DNA of 64,000 nt, from the NCBI GenBank assembly GCA_951406725.2, contig CATOCA020000001.1:8866001-8930000 (forward strand), in the 5' to 3' direction. Below the pieces are notes generated by a model, which was not told where the DNA came from, ran no database searches, and saw nothing but the letters and a program-made list of their open reading frames with translations. Each line of letters opens with the position of its first letter. Positions within the stretch are counted from its first letter, which is position 1. Of this stretch, positions 46,746 through 60,122 are shown piece after piece. Origin of the DNA: Octopus vulgaris. Its lineage: Eukaryota. The position numbers and the translations under genes were made by a program.

Positions 46746-47179
46746 CCGAGCATTTCACAAAAACTAGAACCACCCAGCGAACTTCCACCATGGGTCATCA
46801 CAATTGCTTAAGGTAAAAATGAATTCCTCGCTCTTTCGGAAACATCAATCTTCTGTATTGACCGTTTCCCACCACTTTGATCTGTTTTTTGTATTGAATA
46901 CGTATCGCCACCGTGGGCCACTACATCAAACACTTTGAACATATACTTCAAACTATATATCAACTATACATGAACTATATATCAACTATACATGAACTCT
47001 AAGATGTCTGACTCCGTTGTGTATTATAAATGAATTTCTTATGTTTGACGGCATGAGCTGTCTTTTTTTATATATAACTTTTTTTGATAAGGTTCATTTC
47101 AGGAACTGAAACATGTTATAATGTATATATAAAAATTAAAAATTGTATAATACAGCAGCATTTTCGAACTTCATTTTTT

Positions 47180-47270
<91 letters not shown>

Positions 47271-47349
47271 TGTATGCACACGTATATATGAGTATGTACA
47301 CACACCTACACACACACCCACACACACCCACACACACACACACACACAC

Positions 47350-47410
<61 letters not shown>

Positions 47411-47634
47411 TTCTTGATCCCCCGTATTTTTCCCCATATCTTTCTGGTGTTTCCTACTTTTTAATGATAATCATTGATTTTCGATGACGATTATGTTGAG
47501 AAAACGGAAGCATTTGATTAGTTTCAAACCAATCACAACTCCAGACATAATCGTTGATTAAGACATTGAAAGGGATGGATTTTCAGAAGATTTATTTAAG
47601 AAATGTTTATATTAAAAAGCTTCATGAGGAACAT

Positions 47635-47674
<40 letters not shown>

Positions 47675-47677
<3 letters not shown>

Positions 47678-48630
47678 CACAAGAATGGCTGTGTGGTAAG
47701 TCGCTTGCTTACAAACCACATGGTTCCGGGTTCAGTCCCACTTGGGCAAGTGTCTTGTACTTTAGCCTCGGGCCGACCAAAGCCTTGTGAGTGGATTTGG
47801 TAGACGGAAACTGGAAGAAGCCCGTCCTATATATGTATATATATATATATTTTTATATATATATTTGTGTGTTTGAGTGTGCGTGTTTGTTACTCACCAT
47901 CGCTTGACAACCGATGCTGGTGTGCTTACGCTCTCGTAACTTAGCGGTTCGGCAAAGAGATCGATAGAATAAGTACTAGACTTACAAAGAATAAGTCCTG
48001 GTGGCAATTTCCTCGACTAAATGTGGTGCTCCATCATGGCCACAGTCAAATGATGGAAACAAGCAAAAGAGTAAAAAATATCTATTTACATACTCACACA
48101 CACACATGTGTGAGAGACAGGCGCAGGTGTGGCTGTGTGGTAAGTAACTTGCTTACCAACCACATGGTTCCCGGTTCATTTTCTTTGCATGGCACAATGA
48201 GCAAGTGTCTTCTGCTATAGCCCCAGGCTGGGCAAACCTTGAGAGTGGATTTGGTAGATGGAGACTGAAAGAAGCTCGTCGTATGTATATATATATAAAT
48301 ATGTATAAATCTATATATATATATATATGTGTGTGTGTTTGTGTGTGTGTGTGTGTACATATATATATATATATATACATATGAGTTTGTGTATGTGTGT
48401 GTGTGTTATGTGTGTCTGTGTGTACGTGCGTGTGTTTGTGTGTCTGTGTTTGTCCCCCAACATCGCTTGACAACCGATGCTGGTGTGTTTACGTCCCCGT
48501 AAACTAGCGTTTCTGCAAAAGAAATGAATAAAATAAGTACTAGGCTTACTGGGGTCGATTTGCTCGACTAACGACAGTGCCCCAGCATGGCCACATTCAC
48601 ATGACTGAAACAAATGAAAGAATAAAAGAA
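47675..48630 (+). mobile_element. Two tandem SINE family 1 copies (47675-48075 and 48120-48630)
   Basis: Full consensus head to tail in each. Confidence 0.85.
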
Positions 48631-48965
48631 TAAATGTAACTATGAACATACACACGCGAACACACACATATACACACACACATTTTGCTGCTCTATGTGT
48701 TTATTTATTGAGTTATTCATCCTATATGCGTGTGTTTGTGTGTGTGTATATAAATATATTTATATGCACATATGTATGTGTGTATACACGTGTGTGTATA
48801 TACAATAGAAATCTCCATTACCTACTCCCCACCCCAATCATTCCACCTGTTTAATTAATTTCATTCCTTCTCTTCTCTTTTTCTCTGAGTTTTTCTTTTA
48901 ATTCTTCACCACCCGACTCCCCTTTCAGACACCATTTTTAATGTTTTTATTCTTTTCTTTATCAG

Positions 48966-49120
48966 GTTAATCCTCGAAATGAAGATGGTCGCACACCGCT
49001 GCACGTGGCCTGTTCACGGGGATACTTGCACATTGTCGACATTTTGTTGGGTCACAATGGCATCGATGCCAATGTGGTTGACAACAATGGAGACACACCA
49101 CTGCATGATGCAGTTCGGAG
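48966..49120 (+). CDS. ANK-RING gene copy B, exon 4 paralog (VNPRNEDGRTPLHVACSRGYLHIVDILLGHNGIDANVVDNNGDTPLHDAVR-R)
   Basis: tttatcAG / GTAAGT, 155 nt, canonical ankyrin repeat; inverted paralog of 4994-5148. Confidence 0.92.
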
Positions 49121-50097
49121 GTAAGTCCCCATTAGATCTGGAATATCCAAATCTGTTTCTTTTATGTTTTCAATAATGTTTGTTTCTTTTTCATTCAGTT
49201 ATTTATGTCATAATCCCACCATGGGGTCATTGTCTTTCTTCTCTCTTTCGCACTGAAATAACACTGTAATCTACTTTATTAATTAATCATCACCATAATT
49301 GTTATTGTTGTTGCCTGACTGGACACTTTACTTCATCTCGTTCTCCATTTCCTCAACGTCACAGGTTCAAATCCTCTCTCTTCTTCCTTTCATCCCATCT
49401 ATAACTACTTTCTCTCTCTTCTCTCTTTCTTCCTCACTCTCTCTCCTTTGTAGTTTCCCTATTTATTCCGACCCTGGGCTAAATACAGAATCATCCCCTT
49501 ACAGTATTTACATTTGTCTCTTTTATGTTCCATGTTCAAATCCTACCAGAATATTTACTATCACTCTGGGGTCAATATAATCTGTACCAGTAATACCCAG
49601 GGGTTCCTTTAATAAACTGTCTTCCTTCTTTTCTCCAGTTCTTGTTTCTTATTACTTTTGAAGAAAATAAATTGTGTTATTTTATTTACGACTCTTTACG
49701 TTCAGAGTTCAAATCCTGCCAATGTCAACTTCTTCCATCTTTGCAAGGTTGATAAAATACAATACCAGTCATGTACTGGGGTTCATATGATTACCTGTAG
49801 CCCTTCTTTCCTTCCTAAATTTCATGTTTATATAAGCTGTCAGAATTCTTAGCAGTATTTTTCCTGTCTTTACATTTCTGGGTTTACTCAGGTGTGTATA
49901 TATCATTGTTCTACTGTGTGAGAGTGTGTATTGAATAAATATATATGTGTGTGTGAGTATGTGTGTAATAATTGCTGTAATTAAGTTATTGTGATCTAAT
50001 TACATTTGTTTTCTTTAATGACCTAATAACTATTATCTCAAGATGTGTGATGTTTGCTTTTTTTTCATGTTTTTCTTTCCTCATCCATTACTTTCAG

Positions 50098-50132
50098 GCA
50101 AAATATGAACAGTGTGTGCGATGCTGAAGCAG
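50098..50132 (+). pseudogene. ANK-RING gene copy B, micro-exon 5 paralog, 35 nt (frameshifted as assembled)
   Basis: Same splice flanks as 3968-4004 but 2 nt shorter; adding one A to each of two A-runs gives R-QKYETVCAMLKQ. Confidence 0.7.
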
Positions 50133-50549
50133 GTTAGTTAATAAATATATATTATATACACTCTCCAGTATTATATTGATCTGTATAATATAAATATCAT
50201 CAAGGTACCAGTAAAATAATGGGAATAGATTTAATCACATGTACTACAAAAGCCTTGTGTTTGTGGAGGAATTGTATATTGATCATGTTGATGTTGATAT
50301 TAGCGGTGTTGACTGTCCAACTGACCACCACCACTGATAATAATATCTTTAATAGTGAAATAAAACAAGGTTATTATGAGATGAACCAAAATATAACAGA
50401 CATCATATATATATATATATAAATTGTTTCAGGCATTTGACTGCGGTCATGCTGGGGCATCACCTTGAATTTTTGGTCTACTGTATCGATCCCAGTACTT
50501 TTATTATTTTAAGCATACCACTTATCCTTTCAGCCTCTTTGCTGAACCA

Positions 50550-50595
<46 letters not shown>

Positions 50596-50859
50596 AAACA
50601 CTCACACACACACATACATAGGCACACAGCTATTATGAAGCTTCTTTCAGTTTTCATTTACCAAATCCACTAACAAGATTTTGTTCAGCTCTAGGTAAGA
50701 GTGGAATATACTTGCCTGAGTTTGCATGCAGAGGGATTCAACGTAGAACCGTGTATGGTTGGGAAAAAAGCTTCTTATTCTACAACCATGTATATATGTA
50801 TGGGTGTGTTGTACTCATTTCTGTGTAAATATATATACATACATAACTTAGAATAACTT

Positions 50860-51345
50860 AGAAAGGTTTTGGCCAGTATTGGCCCAAGCCATGTCTAACT
50901 TAATAGCACCACCTGGCGAAGTCTTTCAGTTCAGGATTTGGGCACCAAGGCCCATTCGAGCAGAGAGTTATTGTTTGCGGAGACATATCCGAGTGTGGGT
51001 GGTTTGTCCGGTACTGTTTGAAGGAATTTGTCCAAAGACTTCTTGAATTTTGTGTGGTCAGTTTCTTTTTTGACGTGTCCTGGTGTAATGTTGAAGAGAG
51101 CGGGTCCAATTGAGGTGAAATAGTTGTGCCGTATTGTCGTTATGTGATGCGATTTAGATTTTTGTTGTGGACGGATGGCACGTGGTCCAAGCCTTGGATG
51201 TATTTTGAAGGTGATGCCAACATCATTCGGACAGTGCTGATGGAATATTTTCCACATCATACAGATAATGTAGCGTTCACGGCGTCGTTGGAGTGAATAC
51301 AATTTCAGCTTCTCTAGTCTACCCCAGTAGTCAAGGTCTGACATG
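50860..51345 (-). mobile_element. CR1-group LINE 3' fragment
   Basis: [24 protein letters not shown]...GPALFN..P...FKKSLDKFL..VPD.P motif; absent from the left arm. Confidence 0.8.
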
Positions 51346-51389
51346 CCATACATACATACATACACATATTTATATATGTATAGACATAG

Positions 51390-51434
<45 letters not shown>

Positions 51435-51436
51435 TG

Positions 51437-51549
<113 letters not shown>

Positions 51550-51567
51550 ATATATATATAATATATA

Positions 51568-51674
<107 letters not shown>

Positions 51675-51929
51675 TATGTATATGTCTATATATTTGTATA
51701 GAGAGAGACATATACATACATATATATATATGTACTGGAGATGCATGGATTTATGGTTAGATCGTATGTGATCTTCTTCTAGCACATGGCTGTCCACATA
51801 GTGGTTTTTAGCCCTAAATATACACATGTATATATATATATATATTTTTTTTTTTTTAACCAATGATAATTTTGATTGTTATTTTCATATTTGTGTATGT
51901 CTATGTCTCTATTTGTGCGTTATAGCCAT

Positions 51930-53810
51930 CATCGTCATCACCATCATCGTCATCATTATCATCATTTAACATCCACTCACCATACTGGCATGTGTCGGCT
52001 GGTTTGACAGGAGATTATGAGTCGGTGAGCTGCCCCACGTTCCTGTCTGATTTGGCATGGTTTCTACAGCTTGATGTCCTTCCTAATGCCAACCACCCCT
52101 GGTGTGTAATTGGCGTTTCACATGCCACCGGCACGGGTGCCACTTGCATGACACCGACAATGGCCACGACTACGATTCACGGATGGTTGCCATTTAAATG
52201 GCACCACCAACGACGATAATTCCCAGGTGCCAATTTACATGGCACCATCGGTGACCACAACTATGATACCCAGGTGTCATTGACATGGCACCGGAAGCGA
52301 ACAGCCACGGCTATGATGCACGGCTGCCACTTATAGGACACTGGCACGACCACATCCTTATCGTCACTTGGCCTGACATGTCCTCTCCCGCAGAGAATAT
52401 CACCAGGGCTCTCGGTCACTTGTCATCTCCTCTATGATGTCCAACGGTTGGAGATCATTCTTCATCAACTCATCGAAAGTCTTCTTGGGTCTCCGTCTTC
52501 CAAAGGATCCTTCCACAGTTAGAGATCGGCACTTTTTGACACAGCTGTCCATGTCCATACACATCGCAAGACCATACCAACGCAGACGTCTCTCTTGCAC
52601 ACCCTATTTGATGTCTTCAATGCTCAGCTTTTCTCTCAAGACTCCTATACTCTGTCGTACATGCACACTGACATTGTACATCCAGCGAGGCATACTGGCT
52701 TCATTTCTTTCAAGCCTATGGAAGTCCTCAGAGAGGTCACATCCCATGTTTCACTGACATGTAACATAGTTGTTTACACACAGGCATCATAACGTCTGCC
52801 TTTCAATCTCAGGGAGACGCTCTTTGTTACCATTAGAGTTAAGATCACTCTGAACTTTGCACGTCTTATTCTTATTCTTGCAGCTACACTCAAGGAAGAA
52901 CAAACCACACTCCTGACTTGGCCACCTAGATAGCGGAAACTATCAACTCCCAGTAGCTTACTTACCTGGCAATTGATGGGCTCTATTTTCTCTACATTTG
53001 TGCTGTTTATTGTACCTGTGCACCTTCCACACAGAAAAACTATTATCCCTGTTAACCTTCCTCTGATATTGCTGCAACACTTATGTGTCCATACCTTACA
53101 CTGGGCACATCTTATGAACTTCCTACCTACGCTTTTTCTACAGATCGAACAGTGCCATCTTCCTAAGGGGATTTGTGAATTGTCCGCTTTCCTACTTACC
53201 AAGACTGGTTTTTGTTAGACTAAGTTTAGGGTCCTTTGGTTCTAGTCCTTACTGATATACCTAAAATTTACCTAGTTCTGAAAGTTATTCGGCTATGATA
53301 ACAAGGTCATCAGCATTGGGGATCTCCTAGAAGCAGTTCATCTTAAATTCCTCTGTTATTGCCTGGAGGACTCTGATAAACAGGAAGGAGCTAAGGACTA
53401 ATCCATGGTGAACCCCTACTTGTACCCTAATTCATTGCTACACACGATGCCAAACCTCACCTTACTGACAGCATCCCTGTACATGGCTTGTAACGCTCTC
53501 ACCAACCATTCGTCCATCCCTAGTTTTTGCAGTGACCGCCAAATAAGGGATCAAGGGATCCTGTCAAAGCCTTTCTCCGTGTTTAACAAAGGCCCAGTAC
53601 AAGAGTTTATCTTTGGCTTTGTACTTCTCCTGCAGCTGCCTTACCAGGAATATAGCATCAGAGGTTCTTCGCTGTGGCACAAAACCAAATTGCATCTCTT
53701 CTAGTCTAACACACATCCTAATTATTTTGTCTGTGACCCTCTCAGTAATTTTCATTGCTTCATCTAATAGTTTGATACTTCTGTAATTCTTCCCGTCCAA
53801 GGCATCATCT
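51930..53810 (-). mobile_element. RTE-clade LINE, decayed RT to 3'UTR with (GAT)n tail
   Basis: NYRSIKLLD.AMK..ERV, QFGFVP...DAIFLVRQLQEKY and RRLRWYG..GRRRPKKT motifs. Confidence 0.85.
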
Positions 53811-53814
53811 TCCC

Positions 53815-53855
<41 letters not shown>

Positions 53856-54027
53856 GTATGTATTTGTAATTATTTGGAATTTGGGTATACATTTAGAAGT
53901 ATACCCCTTAAAGCTCTTTCGCTGATTCGGTTACCTCATGTCATCCACAGTTGAGCTATAAGTGACACTGGATCTACCTCATGTATTCTGCAGTGTTCGT
54001 TCAGTTTATAATGAATGAGGGAAGCAG

Positions 54028-54450
54028 AAAATGGAGTTAATGAGAATTTTTATTCATCGCAACGATTGTTTCAATCCATCTTGCATCGGTCCCTTGCAGG
54101 TAGGATATTGTATAACTGGTTGTGGTACATCCTCCGGTGCAGATGCATGTCATCGGGTGTCTTCTTTTAAAGAAGATACCTCTGTAAATATATTCGGTTT
54201 CGCTTGGAATGTTGTTGTTGCCAGAAGGCTGTTGTCTCTCATGTTGTAATCCAAGAAGCTCCTAGCAACAACATGTCAAGTGAAACTGAATATATTTAGT
54301 GAGGTATCTTTACATTAAAACAAGGCACCCGATGAGATGCATCTGCACTGGAGGATGCAACACAACATGTATAGTAGCCCACCCGCAAGCGACCGATGCA
54401 AGATGGGTCGAAACGGTCGTTGTGATGCATATTCTCGTGAACTCCGTTTC
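54028..54450. repeat. Diverged foldback with ~200-bp inverted arms and a degenerate hammerhead-like core
   Basis: 54028-54230 is approximately the reverse complement of 54255-54450; CCGATGA...GAAACGGTCGTT in the right arm. Confidence 0.75.
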
Positions 54451-54899
54451 CCCAATTCATTATATGTATTTATATATGTAACACTGATGTTTATGTGTGT
54501 GTGTGTGCGTGCGTGCACATTAGTTTTATGCATGTGGACGCTAACCGGCTCAGCAGTTTTATGAACCCCTTATTAATGTAGCAACGTCAAAAGTAAACAT
54601 TAGAAATTATAATTCTTCTTTACTTGACTTGATCTGCTAATCATGTGTTTACTCTAGTTCTGTTGCCCTACAACTTACTATAGTGAGGGGCAAATGTAGG
54701 ACATCTTAATATGTTTATCATGTCTCTAACACACACATGTATCAGGTTATAGAAGGTCCTTATGGAAGATTTATTTCACTGACAAACATCAAATGTATTT
54801 GATCAGTTTGATCTAGTACCCAGTAGAAAACTGTAATGACATTGATATCAACCCTGATTTTCATGTAAATTTTCATTTTCCATTTTTACCTCCACAAAG

Positions 54900-55112
54900 G
54901 ATTCGGTGAATTTAGAAATTGTGAACAAAGAATATAGGACACCATTGCTTGAAGCTGTTTCGGACGGTCACCTCGGAATAATGCAGCGGCTGATAGCCAG
55001 GGGCGCGAATGTAAATGTTGTCGAACATGGAGGAAATAATTGCCTGCATCTGGCGTTAAAAAGAGAAAACAACTTTCATTCTGAGGTGGAGCACATGACC
55101 ATGTTAGATCAG
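54900..55112 (+). CDS. ANK-RING gene copy B, exon 6 (DSVNLEIVNKEYRTPLLEAVSDGHLGIMQRLIARGANVNVVEHGGNNCLHLALKRENNFHSEVEHMTMLDQ)
   Basis: Pyrimidine tract + AG acceptor, GTAAGT donor, 213 nt, phase 0 to 0; ankyrin motifs TPLLEA..GH..GANVN..NCLHLA. Confidence 0.9.
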
Positions 55113-55135
55113 GTAAGTTTTCACATTGTTTGTGA

Positions 55136-55215
<80 letters not shown>

Positions 55216-55674
55216 ATTTGTGAGTCTGTGTGTGTGTAAAATAGACAAACTGACAGAGAAAGACAGACAGAAACAGACATTGTTTATATCGCAATTCTCA
55301 CCTACCAACCCCATCCTCCATTACCATTTCCTGATCCAGTCACAATGGTAACCCTTAGTTATATTATTATGTAACAAACACTATTCTCTATTCCGTCCCC
55401 TTCCGTCCTCAAAGGCACGACCTCTCCATGGTAGAGAAGGTGATCCATCTCGAATGTTGGCCATACAAACACGGTCATCAAAATTTGAAGGAGAAATGAT
55501 CTATTCAAGACAGGAGATATTATTCTGAATTAACAATGATACTGGGTAGAAGAGAGGTTCATATGATAGACAGTAACATTTATAGTGCTGGGGCCATGAT
55601 AATAAATACATCTTGTCCATTCCATGAAGAATTCTGCCTGAAACAGCTCTCTGTCACATTTCTTTTATATAATA

Positions 55675-56005
55675 CTAGCAGCATAGCCCGGCATTGCCCG
55701 GGTATGTAAGAGCCCCTAGTAGGCAACGACTAATCCCAATCTAGTCCTTTCCCTCTAGGGAACGAAGGTGCGTGTGTAGGTTGCAATATCTTCTCTTCAC
55801 TCGAATACTTCTGTGTATACGATGTTCCTAGCTGTCCCTTTGGGCGATAAAAAGGTCGAGTTGCGTCCTCTAGACAGAAGATGTGTTGCATATAAAAAGT
55901 TTAGATTCTCGACTCCATGTCGAATTTATCGATTTTTTTCAGAACTGGGGGAACTTTTCAAAATTTTCGCTGCGTTAGTTTTGAATTATGACATTGGGCT
56001 ATTCC
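55675..56005 (-). mobile_element. Non-autonomous Helitron-like 3' end
   Basis: Minus strand ends CCCGGG-CAATG-CCGGG hairpin ...CTAG then T; a similar hairpin + CTAG end lies on the plus strand at 58090-58122. Confidence 0.55.
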
Positions 56006-56259
56006 CATATGAATAAAGCTCACTACAGATGACTGACTACTATTCAGGCAGTTGATGGTCATCTGTGTATTGTTGTAATGTCTACTTTGGTGAGAGGAAC
56101 CTACTCTGGCAGCCAGCGACCTCCCCACCCACTGGAATATCCATCAGACTAACACTGAACAATTTATCAACTATGCGTTGGTGTTCTGCCTCAACTGTGA
56201 CACCGATTCTTACTTCCCTTACTTCACTTTCTTCATCAAAAGATGTTTCCTTATTAATT

Positions 56260-56860
56260 CATCATCATCATCATCATGATAATGTATCGACTGTTTTCAA
56301 AGCTGGCATGGGTTCGACGCTTTGACAGAAGCTGGTCAGCTGAAAAGCTACCTGGGCTCCATATCTCTTTACGCATGGTTTCGACAGTTGGACGTCCTTC
56401 CTAATGCCACCCAATTTACATAATGTACTGCGTGCTTTTCTGCAGCACCGACACGGATATTTGTATGTGACACCAGCATGGGTGATTTTTCCGAAGCATC
56501 AGCACCCATGATCCCACAAGATTAGGATATCTCAGACGAAGAATGATACAGGGGTCATGACAGTATGCAAGGACAACGACGACTTAGCTTGGCATATCAT
56601 CTCAAGTACAGCAGACTGCCAAAAGTATCGCTCCCATTTCATCCCCTCTGTGAGGCCCAACGTCTGACGGTCCTTTCTCACCACATTATTGCACGTCTTT
56701 CTGGGTCTACCCCCTCCACACATTCCCTCCACAATGAGAGATCACCACTTCTTGATGAAGCTATCTTCATCCATATGCATCACATAACCATACCATGGTA
56801 GACTTCTCTCTTGCGCACAAAATCCGATGCCTTATATACCCTGTTTTTCTCTCCAATCCA
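56260..56860 (-). mobile_element. RTE LINE 3' remnant
   Basis: GGGRPRKTCNNVVRKD..LGL motif, same 3'UTR type and (GAT)n tail as 51930-52600. Confidence 0.7.
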
Positions 56861-58628
56861 CTTAATTAAAGAAACATTATTGATCTGCGTGGATATGTCT
56901 ATGTGGTGTTGATTTAGTTGTTATGTCTGAAGGCCTTGCTATGTTGTTGCTGTTCTCTTTTCTGGTATAACTTATATTATTTGTGGTGTTATTCATATCT
57001 ATAAGACAGTCCTTTGACGAAAATTTTATGCACATTTTGCTTTGGAGGTTAATGGCAGCCAAACCGAGGCAAGGATACTAAATGCGTGGTGAGAATGAGA
57101 CCCGCGATGGTTAAAATTCGCAAGCTATAAGATGTGGTTGCTATGGCAAAAAGAGTGATTTTTTGATCCCTCTATAACGATGTCTCTCTGTCACTCTTTC
57201 TTGCACCACCTCTCTCACTGTACATCTGTCTGTATCTATAGACAGAAAGCGATGACAACCGCAAAAGTTTAAAATATTCTCGCCACAGGTCTTTTAGAAC
57301 GGTGAATTAATATCGCCCACCTCCATCGCACAGTCATAACAGATATTATTAAACAGATATATTGTGTTAATTTATATATATACTGTGTGCATATGTGGTT
57401 GGATTTGGCTAAAAATATGCACACCTATGTTAAAAGTGCTAGCGAGTTTGTATTGGAACTTCGAATTTGCTCAATTGAAAGGCATGGACTCTAGGGCAAA
57501 ATTCCTCATCTTTTAAAACGTGGCCCGCTTAGACCCGAATGAAATCGGGTTATAATACCAAAACGAGTAAAACAATAATAAACTATTTTAATCCCGAACA
57601 AGGCCGGGTATGTATTTCTAATCTATCAAATGAAGAAGGCGAACGATGATACAAATTGGATTTTTATGTAAAAATATGTGTAATTGGGCCTGGAATGGGA
57701 TTACAATTTAAAAGAGGGGGTAACTTGCGGTGAGAAATTGTTTGAGAGACTTTTGGGGCGCTACTGTGGTCGTTTTGGTGTGAAAATAGGGATTTTATTG
57801 ATTTTGGGGGACAATTGGGGATTTAGATTGGACACCTTTTGCCCGATTTCAATCAAATTTTCAACATGGTAAAGTAGAAGATTTGTAATTTAAGCACGGA
57901 AATCTAATTTTTTATAAATGGGAGATAGATAGATAGAGAAAGATAAAAAGCAAGAGAAAGTGAGGGAGAGTCCGAGATAAAGGAAGAGTAAGAGAGTGGG
58001 GATGCGAGAGAGAAAGGAGAGAGGAACAAAGAGGGTGAATATGGCGATAAGAAACAAAGGAAGCAATAGAAAGTAACAATCACACCCTCACCCACGCGTA
58101 GAGCGGGTCACCTTAAGCTAGTACTTATATGTACAATACTCTTCCGTAAGTATTTCTCTTGCTGTGGCCATTTGGCTCTATCAAGCCAGTTGTAGAGATA
58201 GGTTCTTGTTGGTTTGTTGTCTTTTATTATTGTGACATTTCTGTCCTTATACTTTGTATATTTGACTTGATGTTATAATAACTTTATATTGTGTTTTAAT
58301 TGAATAGTTTGTGACATTTGTGATTGGCAAGTAAATATTTACTCCTTAAATATCATCGTTAAGCAATAACGTTGACCACTAATGTGCGTTTTGTTCAATA
58401 TAATGATCATAATGTTTTTCTTAATGTGGAACGTAAAGTAAAAACAAATGATAATGAAAAGTGGACTCAACTAAGAGATGATGTAAGAAATCAACGCTGT
58501 GTGAATAGTTTAATCACTGGGGAAACAAACTATGTGAAAATGTAGTTGAACTGTTGTGTAATTTGGGGCATCTTTAGTATATGTTTGTGTAATCTTTAAC
58601 TCATCATTTTATATTTCATCATTTGTAG

Positions 58629-58808
58629 TACTTAAAAGATCTGAAACTGGGAAAGAAAGAAAGGTACTCTGGCGTGGTGGTTGCCAGTTACCTAGCCCAC
58701 CACGGGGCCAACTTTTACTGTAAAAACAAAATTGGCAGAACACCATTGGACCTAATAAAAAAGGAAAAATTAAAAAAAAACGTTAAAGACGTTATTCCGA
58801 CCAACGCA
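58629..58808 (+). CDS. ANK-RING gene copy B, exon 7 (YLKDLKLGKKERYSGVVVASYLAHHGANFYCKNKIGRTPLDLIKKEKLK...), frameshift in A9 run
   Basis: tttgtAG acceptor, GTAAGT donor; terminal ankyrin motif YLxxxGAxxxxKNxxGxTPLDL; needs phase 2 to join the RING exon but ends in phase 0 as assembled. Confidence 0.8.
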
Positions 58809-59331
58809 GTAAGTATTCACTGGCAATGACAAGATAAACCATTACATTTTCTATTTTGTATATAACCGTGTTTATATGTTTATATTGTTTTAATTCGACT
58901 GATACATTATACTGCTTTAGAGGCTTAATGAAAGGTTACGCAACAACAGTAAGAAGAACAATAAACGATATGCAGTTGTTAAGCTAATTAAAGAAAGAAC
59001 ACTATTTTGATTACATTCAAATGATTGGTTGTGTTGACTGTTATACCTCTCCTAAAATCCCAACCCACCTCTCTCAGTTCCCTATTTTAAAGATTTGGGA
59101 CCAATGAGAAAATGTAGAAGTAAATAGTGAAGTGATGGAATTTATCTGTCTACCAACAGATTGTTCCTCTGTTTTCTCTGTCCCAGCCAGTCATGTCCAT
59201 GTGAGCTATCCTGAGAAAATCACTACAAACACATACAATGAGTGTACATACACGAATATATACATACATACATACATACATACATACATACATACATACA
59301 TACAGACATATATATGTATATACACACACAC

Positions 59332-59411
<80 letters not shown>

Positions 59412-59425
59412 TATATATAATACAT

Positions 59426-59464
<39 letters not shown>

Positions 59465-59892
59465 AAAAAGGGTGAAATATAATTAATTTAATAAAATCAA
59501 TAAATATCACCTAGTAGATTTTTCGGTATGGAAAAGACCATATTTGGTAAGAATTATATTAATTATAATAAAGGGTTAATTGCAACAAGTTGCTCAAAAC
59601 CACATACCGAAAATATTAGAAATAGCAACCAAATAGATCACTATTTCTCCAACTATTAATCGAAGTAAGGTGAATAAAGTCAAAATATGCAGCAGGATAT
59701 CAAATAGTGATGTAGTACGACCATTTCAAGCGAGTCCATTGACTTGAAAAATACAATTATTACATCAATTTAAATGCAGTGCTATCTTCAGCTGCACAAA
59801 ATAAATAGTATTTTTTAACAAGTAGGCTACATTAATGTTATATTAAAAAATCATGTTTATGTGTCCATTTATTAAAAAACTCCATTTAGTTT

Positions 59893-59980
59893 GTGCAGCT
59901 GAAGATATAATTGCATTTAAACTGATGTAATGATTGCTTTGTTCAATTAAATGGAGTCGCTTGAAACGGTCGTACTGCAT
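59893..59980 (+). ncRNA. Hammerhead ribozyme motif with extended stem II (inverted copies at 59712-59797 and ~60995-61080)
   Basis: GTGCAG CTGAAGA ...~57 nt... GAAA CGGTC GTA CTGCAT. Confidence 0.6.
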
Positions 59981-60054
59981 TACTACTTGTTATCCTGTTG
60001 CTTATTTTGATTACACACACACACGCGCACACACACACACACTCACACACACAC

Positions 60055-60122
<68 letters not shown>

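Larger units (their letters stand above)
43626..47160 (+). mobile_element. Penelope-like retroelement, near full length, with 3' pLTR region
   Basis: Long RT + GIY-YIG ORF, followed by a promoter-like repeat array and a degenerate hammerhead-like motif near 47084-47120. Confidence 0.9.

Noticed and set aside
46790-46812. Penelope-derived ATG exon as an in-frame replacement first exon for copy-B exon 4
   Set aside because: Ends in phase 2 while exon 4 needs phase 0.
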